Position numbers and translations under genes: made by a program. Positions 1 to 12,065 of a DNA stretch of 64,000 nucleotides are shown one piece after another (within the stretch, counting starts at the first letter, position 1; the number at the start of each line of letters is the position of its first letter). The notes under the pieces were generated by a model. The model was not told where the DNA came from. It was given only the letters and a program-made list of their open reading frames with translations, and did not search any database. The stretch lies in contig NIVC01000529.1 in the NCBI GenBank assembly GCA_002269645.1, positions 145,984 to 209,983 of the forward strand, in the 5' to 3' direction. The stretch is from Macrostomum lignano. Its lineage: Eukaryota.

Positions 1-765
1 CATTTCTAAGAACTTTCACTGGTTTAAAACGTCAGAGAATTGTCTTCCAGTTCAGATTTTAAGCCACATAAACTGTTCACCATAGTTTCAGTACAATAGC
101 ATTGTATAATTATAGAATTAAAATAAATAAATAACTTGTAGTGATTGCCGATTAACCAACAGTTGTTTTCAAACCTAATTAAAGTTATGCTTTGTTTTAT
201 ACACCTTTTGGAAGTTATTGCCTTAGTTTGCTATGTAATGCCGAGTCTGATTCTGATTTTTTTCAAATTAAGCTTATAAGTAGTTAGGCAGATCTCTTCT
301 ATTCGCTTATTTACCTTGGTTAATTATGCGTAAATGTTTTTACAAGTTTCTAGCATTGATTTTTATATTCTAGAAGCAAAATCACTCAATTTTTCTGTAA
401 TGGGTAAAATTGATATTAAAATAATGCATATTCTAAACACACAAGAATCTTTGTGACGCACTTAAACAATTGAAATTTGTTTAGAATATGTATTTATCAT
501 TTTATTTAATGCGCTTCTTTGCGATTGGAATTTATTCATATTGTAGCTTGCATCCAACAGCAAAGTGTGTGATGATTTTATTGTACTAGCGAGATCGGCC
601 GCTCGTCTTTGTCCTTCTGCTTTTCATTGGCTAAATTTATCATTATAGCTGAACGTTTTTTTCAAACAAAATCAAGAACTAACAATCTTATATTTCTGTT
701 CTAATCATTGTGTCTTCTGCTTCTTTATCAGAAAAATTTGGCCAGAATTGCCTGAAAAGTGGAAA

Positions 766-1296
766 ATGATATTCGATAATAAATCAAAAGCGTTGTCGTA
801 CAACTTTCAGCAGCAGGCGTCGAATCGTTCTCTGTTGCTATGGCGACGCCTCACTAGCGTTGCCGCGCCGCGCCTGCCATTCAGCGTGGATTCCGGGGCC
901 GGGCAGCAGCCGCCGCCTCTTCGTCGCACCCGCGTCCTGTACGACGGCGGCTGCCCGCTGTGCAGCCGCGAGGTGGCGCTGGTGCGCAAAGCCAACGGCC
1001 TGCGTAGCGGCGAATTGACATTCGAATTCTGCGACATCACCAAGCCGGAGCAGTTCGACCCGGTCTCCGCAGAGCACGGTATCTCGCGTGAGCAGGCCAT
1101 GTCGCAGCTGCACGTCATTGGGCAGGACGGCCGGATCTACCGCGGCGTCGAGGCGTTTCGCAGGATGTACTCGGACGCCGGCTGGGACGGCCTGGTTGAG
1201 ATGACGAAGATTCCCTCTGTTAACCGGCTTCTGACCAGCAGCTACGCTTGGTTTGCTAAGCACAGGACTAAACTGCAGAGTCTGGGCCAGGATTAG
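766..1296 (+). CDS. DCC-family (DUF393) thiol-disulfide oxidoreductase with a possible Arg/Ser/Leu-rich organellar targeting peptide
   Basis: VLYDGGCPLCSREV (DxxCxxC), LHVIGQDGRIYRGVEAFRRM and YAWFAKHR match the DCC/DUF393 pattern. First in-frame ATG is 766. An acceptor-like tttcag at ~805-810 means an upstream exon is possible. Confidence 0.8.
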   Translation: MIFDNKSKALSYNFQQQASNRSLLLWRRLTSVAAPRLPFSVDSGAGQQPPPLRRTRVLYDGGCPLCSREVALVRKANGLRSGELTFEFCDITKPEQFDPVSAEHGISREQAMSQLHVIGQDGRIYRGVEAFRRMYSDAGWDGLVEMTKIPSVNRLLTSSYAWFAKHRTKLQSLGQD

Positions 1297-1377
1297 GCCT
1301 GATAATTCATATTGGGTGCAAATTATTTTATTTGGCCTGCATGTACACTGCTTGAACTTTGTGGTGCACATTTGCCT

Positions 1378-2000
1378 GGCTAGCCAAGGTACATCAGTTA
1401 AAGTACATTAGTCTGGCTAGCCAATGTACATCAGTTAAAGTACATTAGTCTAACTAGCCAATGTACATCAGTTAAAGTACATTAGTCTGGCTAGCCAATG
1501 TACATCAGTTAAAGTACATTAGTCTGGCTAGCCAATGTACATCAGTTAAAGTACATTAGTCTGGCTAGCCAGTGTACATCAATTAGTGTATATTAGTCTA
1601 GCTAGCCAGTGTACATCAATTAGTGTACATTAGTCTAGCTAGCCAGTGTACATCAATTAGTGTATATTAGTCTAGCTAGCCAGTGTACATCAATTAGTGT
1701 ACATTAGTCTAGCTAGCCAGTGTACATCAATTAGTGTACATTAGTCTGGCTAGCCAGTGTACATCAGTTAGTGTACATTAGTCTGGCTAGCCAGTGTACA
1801 TCAGTTAGTGTACATTAGTCTAGCTAGCCAGTGTACATCAGTTAGTGTACATTAGTCTAGCTAGCCAGTGTACATCAGTTAGTGTACATTAGTCTAGCTA
1901 GCCAGTGTACATCAGTTAGTGTACATTAGTCTAGCTAGCCAGTGTACATCAGTTAGTGTACATTAGTCTAGCTAGCCAGTGTACATCGGTTAGTGTACAT
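1378..2000. repeat. 37-bp minisatellite (tagccaatgtacatcagttaaagtacattagtctggc), drifting along the array
   Basis: Units start at 1381, 1418 and onward; each unit contains gtacat twice. Confidence 0.95.
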
Positions 2001-2309
2001 GCGCATTGGTGAGTATTTGATTTTCACAAATGGAACTGACGCTTTAATGTGTTAGCGAGTAAAGCGTTGCTATTTTGTCTTCTTCAATTTTACCAATAGT
2101 TTCTGAATGTCAAATATGATTTATTACTATGGTTTAGTGTGTCTTCAGTTTCTAGAGAGTTAATTGCGTCCTTGCCCTCGTTTTCGGTTTATACTTGGAG
2201 TAGTTGAGCAGTGAGCACAATGTTAATTTTTTTGTATCAATATAAACCGAAATTACGAAAAATTTGGAACGTAGCAGATCATCTGAACATTTTTGGTTGG
2301 ATTTTATTT

Positions 2310-2815
2310 TTATATACTGTTGCTATGGTGTTTCTATGATGTTGCTGTGCTGTTGCTATGGTGTTTCTATGCTGTTGCTTTGGTGTTACTGTGCTGTTGC
2401 TATGGTGTTTCTATGCTGTTGCTATTCTGTTTCTATGCTGTTGCTATGGTGTCGCTTTGCTGTTGCTATGCTGTTACCATGGTTTTGCTGTGCTGTTGCT
2501 ATGGTGTTTCTATTCTGTTGCTATGGTGTTTCTATTCTGTTGCTATGATGTTTCTATGCTGTTTCTATGGTGTTGCTGTGCTGTTGCTATGGTGTTTCTA
2601 TGCTGTTGCTATGGTGTTGCTGTGCTGTTGCTATTCTGTTTCTATGCTGCTGCTATGGTGTCGCTATGTTGTTGCTATAGTGTTTCTATACTTTTGCTAT
2701 GGTGTTTCTGTGCTGTTGGTATTCTGTTTCTATGCTGTTGCTATGGTGTTTCTATGCTGTTGCTATGGTGTTTCTAAGCTGTTGCTATGCTGTTTATATG
2801 CCGTTGCTATGGTGA
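2310..2815. repeat. Degenerate tgttgctatgg/tgtttctatgc 11-bp-based repeat
   Basis: Repeated tgttgctatggtgtttctatgc; explains the Cys/Leu-rich spurious ORFs. Confidence 0.9.
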
Positions 2816-2894
2816 TTTCAACGCCGTTTCAATGCTCTGGTATGGTCTTATAGAACTTTAAGGAGGTTCCCAACCTACTGCAATTGCAGCCACA

Positions 2895-3287
2895 ATGGGC
2901 CAGGCTCTGGTGCCGGACCGGCTGAAGCACATGCACGACATGTACCTGAACCCGGATGCGGCCCCGGATTTAATCAAAGGCTCGCGCTTCGACCCGCTGC
3001 TGGGCTTCCCGAACGGTCGCAAGGAGCGGCCGATGCCGCCAATCACGGAGGACGAGATGATCATGGCCGGCCTGCCCGAGCAACAGCGTGACTACTGCGC
3101 CCACTGGTACCTGGCCTTCTTCAAATGCCGCTACCAGTACAAGGCGCGCTCCTTCTGGAAGTGCGCCGACGTGCTGCACGGCGTTGAACAGTGCCAGTAC
3201 GACGATCGGGTGCTGCGGATGAAGGAGCACGAGCGGGAGCGGCGCCTGATGCTGCGCCAGGCCAAGGGTCAGCTTGAACTGGAGTGA
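2895..3287 (+). CDS. NDUFB7: NADH dehydrogenase (ubiquinone) 1 beta subcomplex subunit 7 (B18), intronless CDS
   Basis: MG start, FDPLLGFPNGRKER, RDYCAH-x9-type twin CX9C cysteines, CQYDDRVLRMKEHERERRL tail typical of NDUFB7; 130 aa. Confidence 0.95.
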   Translation: MGQALVPDRLKHMHDMYLNPDAAPDLIKGSRFDPLLGFPNGRKERPMPPITEDEMIMAGLPEQQRDYCAHWYLAFFKCRYQYKARSFWKCADVLHGVEQCQYDDRVLRMKEHERERRLMLRQAKGQLELE

Positions 3288-3569
3288 ATCCGCGAATGCA
3301 ACTATAAATAATATCACTTCAACACTTGATACTACTCACTTGTCGTTCGAGCATCAGTAGTGCGTAGTGTTTGTGTGTGTCTAAGCTGGAAAAATACCCC
3401 CCTTGTAATCCCCTGTGAGTGAGAAACGTGAGACACTTAGAAATTTAAATAAATATTCATATAGTTAGTCTAACACTGTCTTAGCCGTTTTATCGTAATG
3501 CAAACGACTCGTATTCTTGCGAATTCGTTTATTTGTATTTCTATATCTAACAGATTATCACTAGTATCT

Positions 3570-3985
3570 AACATCTTACAGTAGCGTCCGTATCGAACAC
3601 ACGGGACTCAGAATCCGTATCTAACAGATGAGAATTCATATCTAACAGATCAGAATCCATGTCTAACAGATCAAAATCCATATCTAACAGATGAGAATCC
3701 ATATCTAACAGATTAAAATCTGTATCTAACAGATCAGAATCCATATCTAACAGATCAGAATCCGTATCTAACAGATGAGAATCCATATCTAACCGATCAA
3801 AACCCGTATCTAACAGATGAGAATCCGTATCTAGCAGATCAGAATCCGTATCTAACAGATGACAATCCATATCTAACAGATGAGAATCCGTATCTAGCAG
3901 ATCAGAATCCGTATCTAACAGATGACAATCCATATCTAACTGATCAAAACCCATATCTAACAGATGAGAATCCGTATCTAACAGG
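3570..3985. repeat. 21-bp minisatellite (tatctaacagatcagaatccg)
   Basis: About 19 tandem units. Confidence 0.95.
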
Positions 3986-5146
3986 CCATCATCAGTGCAG
4001 GTAAAACATCTGGAACAAACTTATTCATATCAAAAGATTGTCCATCACATAACCTTGAGCTTCGTTTATGTCGAAACAAATCTAGAGAATAACGCAAGCA
4101 CAAAAATTTAAGAATATCAATTTGCAATTGGTTCTGCTTTTACGAGCGTAAACCGTTATATTCTTCTGCAATTGAGAACTGGGCATGCAAAGACGGAAAC
4201 AGTTACAACTGTGGACTATAAATTGTGTACGATCGTGTTAAATTACAAAAGAGATTACTTGTCTCCAGAGAATTCGAGCTATACTCAAAATCGTCAAAGC
4301 TTGAAAATTTTATCGGCGACTGCATGTACATGTAGGTGATGCATCGCTGAAAATACTACTGCTTATACTGACTGTCGGGTTAGATTTTATTGTGAGCGAT
4401 CAACGTTTTAAACAGTTTGGTTGATTGCACTCAATCCTGATTCAGTTTGCATGCAAGACTTAAGCTAGTATTAATAAATCAATATTTATCTAAAAAATAT
4501 CGCGGACGAAATCGACTTACTGAACTTTTTTAGAATAAATTAGCCTGGAAGTCTTCAACATGAAAAACTCTTAATTGACGCTTGCAGCACCAGAATGAAA
4601 GTAGTATAATCAGGTAATCTAGCGTTTTTTGTAGAAATTCTATTAGTACCCGTTAGATTATTAGTAATGAGTGCTAAAATTGATTACTTCGCAGGCAAAT
4701 CAATGTATGTTGTACTTTACGTAGCCCTATGCAGTCAGGACTTTTACATTTCACAGTTTGTGGAATTAGGACTTCAGCATTCTTAATTAATCTAGATCAT
4801 AGGTAGGAACTTTTCCTTTTTCATGTGTAGCTAATCAACTATTAGCTGACCCGGCCTTGACCTCCCCTTTAAGAAAGTCTATCCCAATGCCCCCTATGAA
4901 GGGGACGTAGCCTTTAAGGGCTAAATTGGGTGGAATCTCGACTTGGCTCTGCTAGTGCAATTAACGCATTTGAGGACCAACCCCTAAGGCATGGGGATTG
5001 TCTCCTGTGTTACTGTGTGCCTGTGCGCATGACTGCTCAGGGAAGTCGGCTGAATGGGTAGTAATGCGTCTCTCGCCGGTTGTGTGACAATGTCGCTTAA
5101 AGTGCACCCTAGCCCTACCTCTAGTTCAAAACTTTTAACCAGTATC

Positions 5147-6416
5147 TAGGGGTGTTCGGGTCGGCCATTTTTTCGGGGTTCGGGGTTTACCCCGAACCCG
5201 GTACCCCTACCCCCAACCCCGAACCCCGTCCCGAACATTTCTTCCAACCCCGAACCCCGAACCCGGTACCAAAACCCGACCCGACCCCGAACGTAACCCC
5301 GAACATTTTCACGCTTATTTTGGTCAATCATTTTAATAAATTCAGTTTTCAGTTTTGAATTTCAGTTTTAAATTCAGTTTTATATATTGAGATGTGCCTT
5401 AACAGCTTCAACCACTTAGCCTTGTGGTTTTATTTCCCTTAGCTACTCTACAACTAGGAAAAGAAATATGAAACACTTCTTGCAATGGGATTGGGGTTGA
5501 GATGGAAGGAATACCAAGACCCAAGATCTAATAGTAAGATACATGAAAGGTCACAACTAAAATCAGGACCATTTCGTACCTATACTTACAACGAAATTGC
5601 TTTCATAGTAATATTACATCTATGAGTTTATTTAAGCTGCAAAAATAGAGTACAATAAAATTAGATTATACCCTGTAGTGTAGATATCAGTAGAGATAGA
5701 ACTAGAGCGATAGAGATAGCACAGATAAAACAATGATACAATGAAACAGGAGAGTTAATCACAAATATATATTTATTTTTACTTTTGACTACAGTTAACA
5801 GTAAGTCAGTAGTGGTATAACAGAATTGCTTTGTAAAAACTAAAGTGACGTCTTTACATAAAATTGTATGCTGATATGAGTAGGTAATCATTGTGATAAT
5901 TGATTATTGGCGACTGATGCGTGGAGAATAATGGTGTATTTATAAATTTTAAGCTTCCTCATCCAATCCAGAATTTCAGACCATGTTACACGTAGCACAT
6001 GTAAAATTATTACTGAACGTAATTTTTTAAATCATCAACTGCAAGACTGAATGGGTCGAAAAACGACAATCGTTATTTACCAGAAAGTGTAAATGAATCC
6101 ATGGTTCTATCTGCTATTTCCGTTTCAAATTGTATGTAAAACATAACTTAAGTTGTACCTGAAACTCAATGCATATCTTTCGCATTGTGGATTTTGCATA
6201 AGGAGTAAAAAGTGCTTGAAAATACTATTGAGAATGATAAATTGTTCAAAACCCCGAAAACCCCGAAAACCCGGTGGCCAAACCCGACCCGAACCCCGAA
6301 CCCGGTACCCCTACCCCGAACCCCGAACCCGACCCGGAACACCTACCCCGAACCCCGAACCCGGTACCAAAACCCGACCCGAAACCCGACCCGACCCCGA
6401 ACCCCGAACACCCCTA
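5147..6416. mobile_element. Non-autonomous hAT DNA transposon (MITE), 1270 bp
   Basis: TIR TAGGGGTGTTCGGG at 5147 and CCCGAACACCCCTA ending 6416; 8-bp TSD CCAGTATC at 5139-5146 and 6417-6424; subterminal ccgaacc motif clusters; AT-rich non-coding interior. Confidence 0.92.
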
Positions 6417-6452
6417 CCAGTATCTCACTAGCCCGCGAGTACTCATGCCTAC

Positions 6453-8288
6453 TCAGATCACACCAAGGTCGGCTTGCGGTATAGATGCTCGTGTGAGAAG
6501 TCCCTGCATGTCGACCGAGTGGCCATCCTCCGTCGACCGATCCGGCAGCGTGGCGTCGCTGAGCCACTTCAGGAAAGTTTCTTTCACGACCTCGGCTGTC
6601 ACAATGTCGCCAGAGTTCTTATTGACCACAGACAGCATGAAGTGACCGTCGGTGCGCAGAAAATCGCTGACAAATTTGGGCTCGTGTTCCCGGATCCGCT
6701 GGAACCGTTCGGTTGGTTTTGGGTTCATGTCGAGGTTCTCGGCGATCTTCAGGTACTTCTTGATGGCTCGGTGCCGGCTCGGGCTGAGCAGCAGCTGCAG
6801 CAGCCAGCGGCTGGCGGAAACGACGCTGAGGGTCAGCAGGATGACCACCCAGAACCAGATGGCGATGTAGAACTTCTCGTTCAGCATGTTGACGGGCAGC
6901 ACGCACTGCAGGGTGTACTGCCGGGGCTCCCCAACACTCCTAGTCTCGAACTGGCAGTAGGTGACCCTGGGGAACACGTTGCTGCTCTGCCAAGTGCGGT
7001 TGTTGGCGATGTCGCTAAGAATCTGCAGCCCGAACGAGGTGATGTTGAGCCCCAGGAAGCTGCGCATGAGGTACAGCTGACCGATGCAGTTGGCCACGTA
7101 GCAGGACTTCACGAAGATGTAGGTGAACGCGAAGTACATCGAGAAAGCTGGCTTGCCGGATAGAAACGAAGCGAAACGTTTGCAGCAGTCTTTATGTCTG
7201 TAGCGGCTCCTGTACCGAATGAACTTGAGAAGCGAGTCTGAGAGGAAAGCGATTTTTTTCTGCCTCTCGTCCGGCCCCGAGCTGTCAGCCTCAATGTTGC
7301 GAGCCTGCAGTGCCAGTTGGCGCATGTCAATGCCGACATTCGTGCTGAGCAGTAGCCAGATGAGATGCGGCACGTAAAACAGAGCCGCCTGCGCCATCAG
7401 GATGAATGGCACCCACTGGTAGTAGTCTGTGCGGCGTGTTGCAATTGGATTTTTTTGGTTATTGTCGTACATTTCTAGATCTCACGGAGACACATGGTGA
7501 GTTTGGTAGTGTTTGGGGGATAAGAAATCAGGGGTTTGGGGAAGTTTGGAGAGTGGGGTCTCTTTGGGGGTAGGAAAGTGCGGTTTTTAGGGGTTAGGAA
7601 GGTGGGGTTTTCAAGGGGTTGGAAAGTGGGGTTTTCAAGGGGTAGGAAACTGGGGTATTGAGGGGTAGGAAAGTGCGGTTTTCAGGGGTTAGGAAGTTGG
7701 GGTTTTCAAGGGGTTGGAAAGTGGGGTTTTCAAGGGGTAGGAAACTGGGGTATTGAGGGGTAGGAAAGTGCGGTTTTCAGGGGTTAGGAAGTTGGGATTT
7801 TCAAGGGGTTGGAAAGTGGGGTTTTCAAGGGGTAGGAAACTGGGGTATTGAGGGGTAGGAAAGTGCGGTTTTCAGGGTTAGGAAGTTGGAGCTTTCAAGG
7901 GTTGGAAAGTGGGGTTTTCAGAGGGTAGGAACTTTTGGCTAATTTAAGTTACCAAAGAAAGTACACACAATTAGGGCAGCTCACATATGGTTCGGCCTTC
8001 GCCAGGATTTTTGCCGTGATGAATTGGCACAGTTGGGTCGTAATAAAATGTGTTCTCCACCCAGCAGTAGTTCTCCGCGTACTCCATTCTGTCGTTGTCC
8101 AGTTCTTTGAGATTCCAGCACTGGATGGGCTCGAAGACGTACTGCTTCATGCCGACCACGGTGGCAATTGCAAGCAACAGGGCTGGGGTGACCACGTAGT
8201 TGAGCCGGTCGAAGTAATCTTCGGCACCTTTGGGAGTAGCCTTGGCTGATCCCGCCAGCTTGCGAAAGCTATCGATGTAGCCGTCCAT
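6453..8288 (-). CDS. Innexin (gap-junction protein), 2 coding exons: 8288-7985 and ~7480-6453, ~443 aa
   Basis: EDYFDRLNY, KQYVFEPIQC, YAENYCWVENT, YYQWVPFILMAQAALFYVPHLIW, FPRVTYCQF, QCVLPVNMLNEKFYIAIWFW. Donor ATAT|GTGAG at 7985; acceptor uncertain (see findings). Confidence 0.93.
7525..7935. repeat. G-rich higher-order repeat: 95-bp unit of four ~24-bp monomers, in the innexin intron
   Basis: aggggtaggaaagtgcgg recurs at 7661, 7756 and 7851. Confidence 0.85.
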
Positions 8289-8386
8289 TGCAGGCTAGTG
8301 ATGATGCTGACGAACTTCACCTGCTTGATGAAGATGATCAGAGATTGGGCAAAATAATCAATTTTCATGTAGATGCCGTATGTGCT

Positions 8387-8831
8387 TGGACTCAACCGCA
8401 GGGACGTCAGGGCGGTGACCATGGCCCTCTCGGGTCATGGCTGTTTTGCCAGGCATCGTCACCTCCAAGAAAAAAAAGTGCGAGGAATTCCCATTCTGCC
8501 TCTCCGGTGTCGAGAATGCGGAGCACTTCATCTGTGAATGCCCCGCCGTTACTCAGGACAGGCTCACCTACCTCGGCCCAAACCCGGACTTCTCCGACGT
8601 TTTCAGGCCCGAGAATCTCTGTCAGCTCGTCCGCTACGAAAAGGCTACCGGGCGAGCGACAATCCACCTCCTGGACTCTCCGGAGGGGACCGCGCTGCGG
8701 ACACCGCCACCACCGGAACTCCCTGCGTGACACCGCAGCACCAGCTGCCCGTGGTCGCCAGGGGTTAGCAAAAGGGGCGGTAAGGCCTCCTTGCTGTTTC
8801 CGGACGCACGGAGCCCCCTGCAGCTGAGTCA
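8387..8831 (+). mobile_element. 5'-truncated non-LTR retrotransposon 3' end (I/R1/LOA-like, post-RNase H zinc-knuckle region), copy 1
   Basis: Encodes [18 protein letters not shown] / [24 protein letters not shown] with a frameshift; TSD ATGTGCT at 8380-8386 and 8832-8838; homologous to 29864-30425. Confidence 0.8.
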
Positions 8832-8884
8832 ATGTGCTCTGAGCCTCTTACCTTGCTTAAATTTGGATGACTCACTTAGAGTAC

Positions 8885-10400
8885 ATTCAAATGAGCTTTC
8901 TTGAGAACTGGGTGAAGAGTCACATAAAATTCCCTAGGAACTGGGTGAAGAGTCACATAAAATTCCTTAGGAACTGGATGAAGAGTCACATAAAATTCCT
9001 TAGGAACTAGGTGAAGAGTCACATAAAATTCCTTAAGAACTGGGTGAAGAGTCACATAAAATTCCTTAGGAATTGGGTGAAGTGAAGAGTCACATAAACT
9101 TCCCTAGTAACTGTGGAAGAGTCACATAAACTTTCGTAGGAACTGTGGATGAGTCACATAAACTCCCTTAGGAACTTGGTGGAGAGTCACATAAAGTTCC
9201 TCAAGAACTGGGTGAAATTCACATAAAGTTCCTCAAGAACTGGGTGAAGATTCACATAAAGTTCCTCAAGAACTGGGTGAAGATTCACATAAAGTTCCTC
9301 AAGAACTGGGTGAAGAGTCACATAAAGTTCCTCAAGAACTGGGTGAAATTCACATAAAGTTCCTCAAGAACTGGGTGAAGATTCACATAAAGTTCCTCAA
9401 GAACTGGGTGAAGATTCACATAAAGTTCCTCAAGAACTGGGTGAAGAGTCACATAAAGTTCCTCAAGAACTGGGTGAAGAGTCACATAAAGTTCCTCAAG
9501 AACTGGGTGAAGAGTCACATAAAGTTCCTCAAAAACTGGGTGAAGAGTCACATAAAGTTCCTCAAGAACTGGGTGAAGATTCACATAAAGTTCCTCAAGA
9601 ACTGGGTGAAGAGTCACATAAAGTTCCTCAAGAACTGGGTGAAGAGTCACATAAAGTTCCTCAAGAACTGGGTGAAGAGTCACATAAAGTTCCTCAAGAA
9701 CTGGGTGAAGAGTCACATAAAGTTCCTCAAGAACTGGGTGAAGATTCACATAAAGTTCCTCAAGAACTGGGTGAAGAGTCACATAAAGTTCCTCAAGAAC
9801 TGGGTGAAGAGTCACATAAAATTCCTCAAGAACTGGGTGAAGATTCACATAAAGTTCCTCAAGAACTGGGTGAAGATTCACATAAAGTTCCTCAAGAACT
9901 GGGTGAAGAGTCACATAAAGTTCCTCAAGAACTGGGTGAAGATTCACATAAAGTTCCTCAAGAACTGGGTGAAGAGTCACATAAAGTTCCTCAAGAACTG
10001 GGTGAAGATTCACATAAAGTTCCTCAAGAACTGGGTGAAGAGTCACATAAAGTTCCTCAAGAACTGGGTGAAGAGTCACATAAAGTTCCTCAAGAACTGG
10101 GTGAAGATTCACATAAAGTTCCTCAAGAACTGGGTGAAGATTCACATAAAGTTCCTCAAGAACTGGGTGAAAAGTCACATAAAGTTCCTCAAGAACTGGG
10201 TGAAGATTCACATAAAGTTCCTCAAGAACTGTGAAAGAGTCACATAAAGTTCCTCAAGAACTGTGAAAGAGTCACATAAAGTTCCTCAAGAACTGTGAAA
10301 GAGTCACATAAAGTTCCTCAAGAACTGTGGAAAAGTCACATAAACTTCATTAGGAACTGGGTGAAGAGTCGCATAAACTCCCTTAGGAACTGGGGAGCTA
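8885..10400. repeat. 33-bp minisatellite (cacataaagttcctcaagaactgggtgaagagt), ~45 units
   Basis: Tandem array with degenerate ends; source of the LHPVLEELYVT and KFLKNWVKSHI ORFs. Confidence 0.97.
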
Positions 10401-10844
10401 GGGGTCACATAAACATTTAAGCAACAAAATTTTGTAAAAGCTTAACATACGAACTGAGTGTGTAGCTGGTAACTCTAGTCATACCATAGTTCAATAAAAG
10501 CAGCTTTACCACTGTGCCACTGAAGTTGGACAGGATGTTGGACTCAAACACCCAAATGCGCAGAAACTGCAGAAAATTTCTTAATAAGAGAATTTGAGGC
10601 AAACGATCAGAAGCACAGATCCTTTATGGGTGCAGCAGCTTATATGTGCCTAATTTTGCCTTTGGTGGTGTAGCGAAACAGCCACAGGCTATGGGCTGCC
10701 TATGCAGACTATATAAAGATATACATTGCAGGCTTAATGTATAAACACGCGGCCCCAACCCCTTCGAGGCTTGGGGGTATGGCGATGGCATTACCGAGTA
10801 TCGAGTTTCCGATGCACATTGCTTTCTTAGAATCTTCTTTGTAA

Positions 10845-11920
10845 AGCTCTGTAGCTGGCGCCCCCTCTGTAGCTGGCGCCCCCTCTGTAGCTGGCGCCCC
10901 CTCTGTAGCTGGCGCCCCCTCTGTAGCTGGCGCCCCCTCTGTAGCTGGCACCCCCTCTGTAGCTGGCGCCCCCTCTGTAGCTGGCGCCCCCTCTGTAGCT
11001 GGCGCCCCCTCTGAAGCTGGCGCCCCCTCTGTAGCTGGCGCCCCCTCTGTAGCTGGCGCCCCCTCTGTAGCTGGCGCCCCCTCTGTAGCTGGCGCCCTCT
11101 CTGTAGCTAGCGCCCTCTCTGTAGCTGGCGCCCCCTCTGTAGCTGGCGCCCTCTCTGTAGCTGGCGCCCCCTCTGTAGCTGGCGCCCCCTCTGTAGCTGG
11201 CGCCCCCTCTGTAGCTGGCGCCCCCTCTGTAGCTGGCGCCCCCTCTGTAGCTGGCGCCCCCTCTGTAGCTGGCGCCCTCTCTGTAGCTGGCGCCCCCTCT
11301 GTAGCTAGCGCCCTCTCTGTAGCTGGCGCCCCCTCTGTAGCTAGCGCCCTCTCTGTAGCTGGCGCCCCCTCTGTAGCTGGCGCCCTCTCTGTAGCTGGCG
11401 CCCCCTCTGTAGCTGGCGCCCCCTCTGTAGCTGGCGCCCCTCTGTAGCTGGCGCCCTCTCTGTAGCTGGCGCCCCCTCTGTAGCTGGCGCCCCCTCTGTA
11501 GCTGGCGCCCTCTCTGTAGCTGGCGCCCCCTCTGTAGCTGGCGCCCTCTCTGTAGCTGGCGCCCCCTCTGTAGCTGGCGCCCCCTCTGTAGCTGGCGCCC
11601 CCTCTGTAGCTGGCGCCCTCTCTGTAGCTGGCGCCCCCCTCTGTAGCTGGCGCCCCCTCTGTAGCTGGCGCCCCCTCTGTAGCTGGCGCCCCCCTCTGTA
11701 GTTGGCGCCCCCTCTGTAGCTGGCGCCCCCTCTGTAGCTGGCGCCCCTCTGTAGCTGGCGCCCCCTCTGTAGCTGGCGCCCCCTCTGTAGTTGGCGCCCC
11801 CTCTGTAGCTGGCACCCCCTCTGTAGCTGGCGCCCCCTCTGTAGCTGGCGCCCCCTCTGTAGCTGGCGCCCCCTCTGTAGCTGGCGCCCTCTCTGTAGCT
11901 GGCGCCCCCTCTGTAGCTGA
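10845..11920. repeat. 18-bp minisatellite (ctgtagctggcgccccct)
   Basis: About 59 tandem units with a GGCGCC core. Confidence 0.97.
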
Positions 11921-11927
11921 AGGACAT

Positions 11928-12065
11928 TAGAGAGTGAACATCAGAGAGGGAACATCAGAGAGGGAACATCAGAGAGGGAACATCAGAGAGGGGGCACCAG
12001 AGAGGGGACAACAGAGAGGGGCATCAGAGAGGGGACATCAGAGGGGGCATCAGAGAGGGGCATCA
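11928..12065. repeat. 14-bp repeat (catcagagagggaa/gg)
   Basis: Tandem units directly after the 18-mer array. Confidence 0.85.

Noticed and set aside
6474-7163. Antisense or alternate-frame ORFs over innexin, and similar ones over DCC, NDUFB7, DEG/ENaC, gag-pol, SYK and USP14
   Set aside because: Shadow ORFs expected from GC-rich codon usage; no recognisable motifs.
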